From Lentisphaerota bacterium (GTDB taxonomy: Bacteria > Verrucomicrobiota > Lentisphaeria > Victivallales > GWF2-38-69), in assembly GCA_037127655.1 (NCBI GenBank), contig JBAXXY010000001.1:26192-90191 (forward strand): 64,000 bases of DNA. The letters are read 5' to 3'. A model generated the notes under the pieces. The model ran no database searches. It was not told the DNA's origin and saw only the letters and a list, made by a program, of their open reading frames with translations. Both the position numbers and the translations under genes were made by a program. Below, piece by piece: positions 1 to 7,626 of this stretch; the first letter of the stretch is position 1; each line of letters begins with the position of its first letter.

Positions 1-1
1 T

Positions 2-853
2 AGGCCTAAAGCTAATGCTGTTGATTCAATTTCTTTTCAGGTCAAGAAAGGCGAAATAGTAGGGTTTCTAGGCCCAAATGGATCAGGCAAATCAACTACC
101 ATTAAAATGATGTTAAATCTACTTTACCCAACATCAGGAGACTTAACTTTGTTCGGGAAAAGTTCTTCAAATGTAGAGATAAAAGCAAAAATTGGCTATT
201 TGCCTGAAGAAACCTACCTTTATAAATACCTGACAGCAGAAGAAAGTCTTTGTTTTTATGGAAGACTTTTCGGCTTGCCATCCGCTGAAGTAAAGAGAAG
301 AACGACTGAACTTCTTGAAATGGCTGGTCTAACTCATGTTCGCAAAAGAATGGTTGGCGAATTTTCAAAAGGCATGGCTAGAAGAATAGGTGTTGCCCAA
401 TCGCTGATTAATAATCCTGAGTTGCTCATATTAGACGAACCAACTTCAGGATTGGATCCTCTCGGGTGCGCTGAAATGAAGGATTTAATTGTTCTTCTGA
501 AGAGCGTGGGAAAGACTGTTTTAGTATGCAGCCACCTGTTAAGCGACATTGAGGATGTTTGTGACAGGGTTATCATCCTTTATGGCGGGAAAATTGTATC
601 TGAAGGGAAACTTAGCGAACTGCTTAAAATATCCTCTCAAGATATTATTACGATGTCGCGTCTTGATGAAAAACAGAAGGAAGAACTCGCAAAATTTATA
701 TGCACCAATCTTGGACAGAATGACATTAATATTTCAAGTCCTAAAATGTCTTTAGAAAAATATTTCATAAGCGTAATTAAAGAAGCAATTGAGCAGAATG
801 CTTACACGGCAGGCGCCAGGCACAGCGATTCAATTGCGCAATTTCTAAAATAA
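2..853 (+). CDS. ABC transporter ATP-binding protein (5' end lies outside window)
   Basis: The frame is open from nt 2. Walker A GPNGSGKST is encoded at nt 71-97, upstream of the first Met in the ORF track. Signature-like FSKGMARR, Walker B LLILDEPTSGLD and H-loop CSHLL are present. Confidence 0.9.
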   Translation, partial: RPKANAVDSISFQVKKGEIVGFLGPNGSGKSTTIKMMLNLLYPTSGDLTLFGKSSSNVEIKAKIGYLPEETYLYKYLTAEESLCFYGRLFGLPSAEVKRRTTELLEMAGLTHVRKRMVGEFSKGMARRIGVAQSLINNPELLILDEPTSGLDPLGCAEMKDLIVLLKSVGKTVLVCSHLLSDIEDVCDRVIILYGGKIVSEGKLSELLKISSQDIITMSRLDEKQKEELAKFICTNLGQNDINISSPKMSLEKYFISVIKEAIEQNAYTAGARHSDSIAQFLK

Positions 854-872
854 TAGATTAACTCGGATTCAC

Positions 873-2255
873 ATGTCAGCGTTTACTGCAGTTTTAAGGC
901 ATACTATAACTACTCTTTTAAAGAGCCCTTCTTACCTGATTGCAGGATTTCTGAATCTTGCTATCGCTATTTTTATGCCAATTGTAATGATTAGCGGCGG
1001 CGATGTGGTAATGCAGTTTCAGCTAGCTATTGGCTACACGCTAGGGATTATTTCTATGCTAATCTTTATGTGCTGCATCTGGAGCAGTTGCTCTTTGATT
1101 GCCAGAGATATTGATTCATATAAACTGCACATGATTATTTCTAAACCTGTACATAGGGGGAGTTTCTGGGTTGGGAGATTTTTGGGAGTTGCCATTGCCT
1201 ACATTTTTATTCTTATTATCAGCTTAATCTTCTTATATGGTTCTTTGAGGTTAATGCCTGAAATTAAAGGCTTGAATAAATTTGAAATATCTGATTTGAA
1301 TCAGAACATATATATATCAAAAAAGACCTATCTAAGCTTACAGGAAAATCTAAGCCAAGAAATAGACAAAGAAGTTGAAAGTAAACTGCAGATAGCAAAA
1401 AAAGAAAATCAGACCCTTTCTAAAGATGAAGTCTCTGATTTGAGGAAAAGAACTTACTATTCGGTGCTCTCAATGCGAGGCGAAGTTAAGGGTGGTTCAT
1501 CAAAGGAATTTAACTTCGAACTTCTGAAATCTTCCTACCAGAATGGAACTTATTTAACCTTTACCCCATATGTCGGAGCAATAGATGTTCTTGAAAAACA
1601 GAAAAGAGATTCTATTTCTGGGGACTTCTTCTTAAAAGTCAACGATGGGGATTTTGTTAAAATCAACGACCTTCCTCAAAGACTAGTATCAAACGAAAAA
1701 TATAGTGTTAAACTTCCTGAAATAATTTTAACCTTAGATGTAAATAAACTCATTCTTAAGTTCACTAATTCAGATAGAGGGAACAGTGTTTTTTTCAGAC
1801 TTAATGAGAATCCTCAGATTCTGGTAAGTTATTGTTCATTTTTCGAAAACTATCTGCGAGTTGCGTCTGTAATGATTATTGGGGTAATCCTTATGTCAGC
1901 TATAGGGTGTGCATTAGGCGGATTTTTGTCATTTCCAATAGCAATATTTGTGATTCTCTTCTATCTGATTTTCGGGAGCTTGAGCAGCTATATTCTCTCT
2001 GATTCTGAATTATACAAAAATACAAAAGCCCTTGATATGAAAATTGGATATAGCTTAAGTAAAACCTTAGTAAAAGTTGTGTCTCCCATACAAAGTTTTC
2101 AGCCTACTGATGAAATATCATCAGGAAACCTTCTTGAGAGTTCGGCTATTTTCGAAATAGTTAAAAAATACTTTGCCATACAAATAGTAGTTTTCGTATT
2201 GGGAGGAATATATCTTTTCTCCAGAAGAGAATTCGGGATGGTAATAAAGAAGTAA
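873..2255 (+). CDS. Polytopic membrane protein, probable ABC-2-type permease partner with a large extracytoplasmic insert
   Basis: 19-nt gap after the ABC ATPase. Several long hydrophobic segments at both ends flank a ~200-aa hydrophilic K/E/S-rich middle. No catalytic motif recognised. Confidence 0.5.
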   Translation: MSAFTAVLRHTITTLLKSPSYLIAGFLNLAIAIFMPIVMISGGDVVMQFQLAIGYTLGIISMLIFMCCIWSSCSLIARDIDSYKLHMIISKPVHRGSFWVGRFLGVAIAYIFILIISLIFLYGSLRLMPEIKGLNKFEISDLNQNIYISKKTYLSLQENLSQEIDKEVESKLQIAKKENQTLSKDEVSDLRKRTYYSVLSMRGEVKGGSSKEFNFELLKSSYQNGTYLTFTPYVGAIDVLEKQKRDSISGDFFLKVNDGDFVKINDLPQRLVSNEKYSVKLPEIILTLDVNKLILKFTNSDRGNSVFFRLNENPQILVSYCSFFENYLRVASVMIIGVILMSAIGCALGGFLSFPIAIFVILFYLIFGSLSSYILSDSELYKNTKALDMKIGYSLSKTLVKVVSPIQSFQPTDEISSGNLLESSAIFEIVKKYFAIQIVVFVLGGIYLFSRREFGMVIKK

Positions 2256-3583
2256 TGAAAAAGAAATATATAGCGCCAGTATTGCTAATTATAATCTGCA
2301 TAGCTTTGATAGTATTTGTAGAGAAGAAAATTAACCAAATCAGGCTGCATGAAAAAATAGCAGTTTACACATCTACAGAAAATCTTCCTCCTGGAATAGC
2401 TTTCGTCAATGTAGGATTGGGTGCCTTTAAAGGGATTTTCTCTGACATCCTATGGCTTAAGGCTATATCTCTACAAGAACAAGGCAAGTATTTCGAAATG
2501 GGCAAGATTGCTTACTGGATAACTAAACTTAATCCGCAGTTTACAGGGGCAACCACATTTCTAGCCTGGAATATGGCATACAATATTTCCATCATGTACG
2601 CCGACCCAAAAGACAAATGGCAATGGGTTGAAAATGCCATAGTCGTACTAGAAGATGCCATACGATATAACCCGAACGCCCCTGATCTCTATAAAGAACT
2701 TGCCTGGATATATTTAAATAAGATAGGCGATGTTTTCGATTCAGGCAATTTGTATTATAAGACGCAAATAGCTTTTGAGATGCAGAAAATTATCGGCAAA
2801 GATCCTTCAGTCGATTTCTGGGAATCATTGGTTTCTGCCAGAAGCAGCAGCGATGAATTCTTCCCAAAAAAAGAGCAACTCAAAAATGAATTCATGCTTG
2901 AGCCTAAATACATTATTGAGATAAATAAAAAGTTTGGGATTTTAGACTGGAGAGTTTCTCAGAGCCTGGCCATTTACTGGGCTTATCGGGCAACTCTAAT
3001 AGATACTAAATCAAAAATTTACTTCAAGACTCTCATGATGTCGCTTACGGCTTATGCCTATAATGGCAAAATTTTGTTTCTCGATGAAACTCATTATTCA
3101 GATTTTACATCCATGCCGGACTTTATTATGATAGACAGAATGAATTCTTACTTTAAGAAGCAAATTGAGTCTGGAGATAGAGATTCTTATGGCAATTTAT
3201 ATTTTACTTTCCTTAATAAGGCACTTGATAAGAGCTGTCTTTTCGGCAAACTGGATTTAGCTAAGAAATTATTGGCTGACATGAAAAATTATTTTACTAA
3301 TGTCAGCTATGACAACTTTGATGAATATTTTAAAAACTATATTCAAAACTACTTGTCCGAGAAGAACGAAAATGATTTTATCGAATCCCTAAAGGAATAT
3401 TTAAAAATCGCAGTAGTGCTTGATATGGAAACCAAAGAAAAGAGTTCGTCAGATGCTATAATTAGCATGTGGAAAGTTCTCTTTGAAAGTTATCAAAAAC
3501 TTAATCCTGCAAGTAAGTTCCCCCCATTTGAAAGATATTTCGATGAAGAAAAGTCAGAATTCATAAAAATAGAAAAATATTAA
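2255..3583 (+). CDS. Membrane-anchored hypothetical protein (single N-terminal TM, helical-repeat-like body)
   Basis: TAATG 1-nt overlap with the upstream permease. N-terminal TM YIAPVLLIIICIALIVFV. The W/Y/K-rich remainder has no motif I recognise. Confidence 0.45.
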   Translation: MKKKYIAPVLLIIICIALIVFVEKKINQIRLHEKIAVYTSTENLPPGIAFVNVGLGAFKGIFSDILWLKAISLQEQGKYFEMGKIAYWITKLNPQFTGATTFLAWNMAYNISIMYADPKDKWQWVENAIVVLEDAIRYNPNAPDLYKELAWIYLNKIGDVFDSGNLYYKTQIAFEMQKIIGKDPSVDFWESLVSARSSSDEFFPKKEQLKNEFMLEPKYIIEINKKFGILDWRVSQSLAIYWAYRATLIDTKSKIYFKTLMMSLTAYAYNGKILFLDETHYSDFTSMPDFIMIDRMNSYFKKQIESGDRDSYGNLYFTFLNKALDKSCLFGKLDLAKKLLADMKNYFTNVSYDNFDEYFKNYIQNYLSEKNENDFIESLKEYLKIAVVLDMETKEKSSSDAIISMWKVLFESYQKLNPASKFPPFERYFDEEKSEFIKIEKY

Positions 3584-3628
3584 GCTACAATCAAGAATAT
3601 TAGCAAGATAAATATACTAGAGCCGAAA

Positions 3629-4192
3629 ATGGAAAAGCTTATTTTCAACAAAGAAGCCGCGCTAAAGAATGTAATGAATTCGGAAGAAATGCTCACCGAA
3701 CTTATAGGTATGTTTCTTACTCATAATATCGATGAGGAGAACATGCAGATTCTATGTGGCGCAGTACGCAATTATGACATAGCTACCATTTTTAGAAAAA
3801 CCCATAACCTAAAAAGCACATGTATATACGCTGGAGCAGATAAACTTTGGGAGGCCATAGTAGAGCTTCTCGAGTTCAGCAGGGAAACAATAACTAATAT
3901 TTTAAAAGATGCTTACCAGAAATTAGATACTCCATGGAATAACGAGATTTCGCAACGCGAAGTAGATAACGCAACAAATATGATAGAGCTCAAAAAGACA
4001 ATTGAACCCGTTTCTACAGTAATAGAAAAAAATGATCAGACTTTATACGAAAAATATGTTTATCTCATAGCAAGCGAGATCTTAAATTTAATAAACAATG
4101 GCAAGCTTGAGTCAATTAAACCTATGACCGATAAAATATTACTTGAGGCGCACGCTTATACATCTGAAGTTAAAGGTTTGGGTTTAAAATAA
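3629..4192 (+). CDS. Hpt (histidine phosphotransfer) domain protein
   Basis: The segment FRKTHNLKSTCIYAGADKLWEAIVELLE fits the Hpt H-x-L-K-G/S-S-x-x-x-G-A phospho-histidine helix. No kinase or receiver domain is present in the protein. Confidence 0.5.
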   Translation: MEKLIFNKEAALKNVMNSEEMLTELIGMFLTHNIDEENMQILCGAVRNYDIATIFRKTHNLKSTCIYAGADKLWEAIVELLEFSRETITNILKDAYQKLDTPWNNEISQREVDNATNMIELKKTIEPVSTVIEKNDQTLYEKYVYLIASEILNLINNGKLESIKPMTDKILLEAHAYTSEVKGLGLK

Positions 4193-4203
4193 AATCTTCA
4201 GCT

Positions 4204-5037
4204 ATGATAAATGCAGATACATCACCAATACTCCGCGCTGAAAATATTAAGACTTACTTTCCTGTTTACTCAGGATTTCTAGTTAAAAAGTTATCTTCTT
4301 ACACCAAAGCTGTAGATGATGTATCACTATCTATTAGAGCTGGTGAAACACTTGGCTTAGTCGGTGAGTCGGGTTGCGGAAAATCAACTCTTGCCAGAAC
4401 TCTCCTGAGGCTTGCTCCAATAACTTCAGGTTCAATTTTCTATAATGGAATAGAAATCAGCAAACTCTCAGAAAAAAAACTTAGACCGCTCAGAAAAGAT
4501 TTTCAGGTGGTCTTCCAGGATCCCTATGCTTCTTTGAATCCAAGAATGACTGTTAGGGCAATTTTATCTGAACCTTTGCTGGAACACAAAATTGTACCAA
4601 AAGATAAAATTGCTGAAGAACTGATAAACCTAATGGGAATGGTAGGTTTATCTAAAAAAATGTTCAACAAATTTCCACATGAATTTTCAGGCGGGCAAAG
4701 ACAGAGAATAGCAATTGCGCGAGCTTTAGCTCTGCGACCTAAGATTTTGGTAGCTGATGAACCTGTTTCAGCGCTTGATGTATCAATTCAGGCTCAGATA
4801 CTTAATCTTATTTCAAACATTCAGAAACAGATGAATTTGTCCTTGATATTCATATCACATAATATGTCTGTGATTAGGCATATTTGCTCGAAAGTAGCAG
4901 TCATGTATTCAGGAAAAATTGTAGAGATGGGGCTCACCAAAGACATTTTTGAAAATCCCAACCATCCCTACACTAAAACACTGCTCAAATCAATTCCCGT
5001 TCCTGACCCTCTATATAAACATAATTTGAATTTTTAA
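4204..5037 (+). CDS. Oligopeptide/dipeptide-type ABC ATP-binding protein (OppF/DppF family), orphan
   Basis: Walker [24 protein letters not shown], signature FSGGQRQR, Walker [13 protein letters not shown]-loop FISHNM, and the C-terminal HPYTKTLL motif typical of Opp/Dpp ATPases. Confidence 0.85.
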   Translation: MINADTSPILRAENIKTYFPVYSGFLVKKLSSYTKAVDDVSLSIRAGETLGLVGESGCGKSTLARTLLRLAPITSGSIFYNGIEISKLSEKKLRPLRKDFQVVFQDPYASLNPRMTVRAILSEPLLEHKIVPKDKIAEELINLMGMVGLSKKMFNKFPHEFSGGQRQRIAIARALALRPKILVADEPVSALDVSIQAQILNLISNIQKQMNLSLIFISHNMSVIRHICSKVAVMYSGKIVEMGLTKDIFENPNHPYTKTLLKSIPVPDPLYKHNLNF

Positions 5038-5123
5038 AAAGCTTTTAGCTGTTCGCTGTTTTGTTTAAAGCCGTTTGCTGAAGTAGATTATATTAGAACC
5101 AAAAGTTATGGGATTTACTCACT

Positions 5124-6551
5124 ATGGATTTAGAAAAAGCTATCGTAGATTATTGTAGCAACACATCAGAATTTACACTCAAAGAAATAGAGAACTCACT
5201 AGCAAATTCATCTAAACATAATCAATACACCGTTTCGGATTATTTAGAATTTTGCTCTCTTGCTTTTCGTTCTCTCGCAAACACCAAAAACGACAAATAT
5301 TTATCCAGACACTGCTTCTTTAAAGGAATAAAGTTCAGAATTGTTCTCAGTGACTTAGAGATAAAAAATTCTATCCTGATTCCGGGACACAGATTTGTTC
5401 CATTCTATTACTCAGACTTGTTTCCCTCCGAGTTCACTATTCTTGACGCTAAAACTCAAGCCCCCATTCTAAAAAAGAAGATAACCCAACCTGTAGAGAG
5501 TTTGTTCGAATATTATTATATGTTCGGGGCAGACACAATTTCTGACCAACTTACAGCAGAGGATAAGACTAATCTTAAAGTTGTGGGCAAAGATCCGAAA
5601 GGAATGGTTAAAATTAATGTCTTTGACTTAAAAGCCATACAAAGTTCACATAAGTTGAAAGCTTTCAATTCGCTGCTCCTTGAAGTAGTTGACTGGACAA
5701 ATGGGATTTTCACGGCGGAGCTGCATAATGCCGAATCTCCTGCAGAAAAAGAAGAATCCCATATCTTCGCAGAGGAAATTGAGAGCGCTCTTTATAAAGT
5801 ATTTGAAAAGTTTGGCCCATATCCTGAAGTATCCGAACAGCTTGGCTGGGCTTACTTCCTTGCTGATATAAAAAAGCTAAAAGACCCGATCATTTCTCTT
5901 GAGGAAGCTTTTGTAATAGCAGAAAATATTGAGCTCAAATATTTCGAAAACAACACAGTACTATGGTTTAAGTCTGATGACGGCGCTTCATGGCAAAAAC
6001 ACCATTCGCATAAAAACAAAGATTTGTTCTCGCTATCTTCGGGCAATATATCTTCCATAGACGCAATATTTGACGACTTAAGAATCCCATTTACGACAAG
6101 AGAAATAGCGTTGTTTCTCAGCGCATACCGATCAAAACATAATAATTGTTCTGAATTTATTGCTGATGTATTAACCGATAAAATAAAGTTCAAAGACAAA
6201 GCCCAGGATGTTATTTTTCACAACCTTCTGGATGAACTTTTTGAAAATTCTAAAAATGATGGATTTACTCTTCCGAAAAGTAAACACTCTGACATTATAC
6301 ATAATGGTATAAACAGACTCAAAAAAATATCTAAGAGTTATTCTCATAAACCTTTATCGGCAAATCATTCCCAAGAAGAATCCTTTTCAATCTACAAAGA
6401 TATTAAAGAAAATATCGGAGCGCTTTCTTCTGTTTTATCCTTTTACTGCAATAATCCTCACAGCCTGCAGGAAATTGAAAGACTTTCAGATTTTGAAAAA
6501 TACATTGACGACTTATTTAAGAGCATAGAAATACGACTTGCCGGAGAATGA
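5124..6551 (+). CDS. Hypothetical protein (475 aa), contiguous with the purine operon
   Basis: Long uninterrupted ORF whose composition resembles its neighbours. Its stop lies 3 nt before the purM ATG, and the purM RBS GGAGA lies inside its last codons. No recognisable motif. Confidence 0.6.
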   Translation: MDLEKAIVDYCSNTSEFTLKEIENSLANSSKHNQYTVSDYLEFCSLAFRSLANTKNDKYLSRHCFFKGIKFRIVLSDLEIKNSILIPGHRFVPFYYSDLFPSEFTILDAKTQAPILKKKITQPVESLFEYYYMFGADTISDQLTAEDKTNLKVVGKDPKGMVKINVFDLKAIQSSHKLKAFNSLLLEVVDWTNGIFTAELHNAESPAEKEESHIFAEEIESALYKVFEKFGPYPEVSEQLGWAYFLADIKKLKDPIISLEEAFVIAENIELKYFENNTVLWFKSDDGASWQKHHSHKNKDLFSLSSGNISSIDAIFDDLRIPFTTREIALFLSAYRSKHNNCSEFIADVLTDKIKFKDKAQDVIFHNLLDELFENSKNDGFTLPKSKHSDIIHNGINRLKKISKSYSHKPLSANHSQEESFSIYKDIKENIGALSSVLSFYCNNPHSLQEIERLSDFEKYIDDLFKSIEIRLAGE

Positions 6552-6554
6552 AAA

Positions 6555-7619
6555 ATGGTTGATATAAAACTAGGTAAAAATTGCTCAAAAATTGCCTACG
6601 AATGGGCAAAAAAATCCTACTCCAATCTGACCGACAAGGGAGCACCTGAATTTTCCGGCGATGGAATGTTCTCTAACATTTTGAATTACGGCTCCATAAA
6701 AATTGGAATAACCTCAGATGGAATAGGCACGAAAGCAGAAATAGCCGAAAGACTGGGAAGATATGATACGCTTGGTTATGACTTGACCGCAATGGTTACT
6801 GATGATCTTGTCTGCAATGGATTAATACCGGCAAACATCACAAATATTTTGGATGTGGACATCCTTGATGCAAAAATAGTTGATTCCCTAATGAGCGGAC
6901 TCTATGATGCTTCAAAGGAAGCAAAAATAGCTGTTACAGGCGGAGAAATTGCCGAACTTGGTTTTAGAATAAATGGTTACGGCAATCCTATGCATTTTAA
7001 CTGGTGCGCTACATGTATAGGGTATCTTCCCGAAGGAATGGAACCAATCACAGGAAGCAAGGCAGAAGTAGGAGATGCAATCATCTCTCTTTATCATAAA
7101 GGACTAAGAAGCAACGGATATTCACTTGCCAGAAGCGTTTTAGAGAAAACATTTGGCAAAGATTGGCACAATGAACAGTATGATCTTTCTAACTCATGGG
7201 GCGATATGCTTCTACATCCCTCTAGAATATATTGTTCAGCAATAACTCATCTACTGAACAAAAGATTCGATATTAGAGGTATAGCTCACATAACAGGTGG
7301 AAGTTTCAGGGATAAACTTGGCAGAGTCCTCAAAACTAGCGGATACGGGGCAAGTTTAAATAATTTGTTTGACGCTGATGATTTTATGCTTAGGCTTCAG
7401 GAACTTGGCAATATAGATGACCACACGGCTTATGCTCAATGGAATATGTCCAATGGCATGATGCTGATAACAAAGAATATTTTTGCAGAAGACATCATTA
7501 AAGATCTTGCAAACTTAGGTTTCCCATCCAAAATTTCTGGAAGAATCATCAAAGAAAATATTATTGAAATAGACTCCAAAGGCTTTTTTAGGGAAAATTT
7601 AAAGTATCAATTGGACTAA
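6555..7619 (+). CDS. purM: Phosphoribosylformylglycinamidine cyclo-ligase (AIR synthetase), divergent
   Basis: SDGIGTKAEIA and DTLGYDLTAMVTDDLVCNG match the PurM DGVGTK / D-x-V-A-M-x-V-N-D-L core. The C-terminal HITGGSF matches the PurM-superfamily motif. Operon context supports the call. Confidence 0.8.
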   Translation: MVDIKLGKNCSKIAYEWAKKSYSNLTDKGAPEFSGDGMFSNILNYGSIKIGITSDGIGTKAEIAERLGRYDTLGYDLTAMVTDDLVCNGLIPANITNILDVDILDAKIVDSLMSGLYDASKEAKIAVTGGEIAELGFRINGYGNPMHFNWCATCIGYLPEGMEPITGSKAEVGDAIISLYHKGLRSNGYSLARSVLEKTFGKDWHNEQYDLSNSWGDMLLHPSRIYCSAITHLLNKRFDIRGIAHITGGSFRDKLGRVLKTSGYGASLNNLFDADDFMLRLQELGNIDDHTAYAQWNMSNGMMLITKNIFAEDIIKDLANLGFPSKISGRIIKENIIEIDSKGFFRENLKYQLD

Positions 7620-7626
7620 GAAACTA

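Noticed and set aside
5038-5123. Possible purine riboswitch upstream of the pur-linked genes (also checked 38070-38140 upstream of guaD)
   Set aside because: There is no match to the conserved purine-riboswitch junction or loop sequences, and the regions are too short and unstructured.
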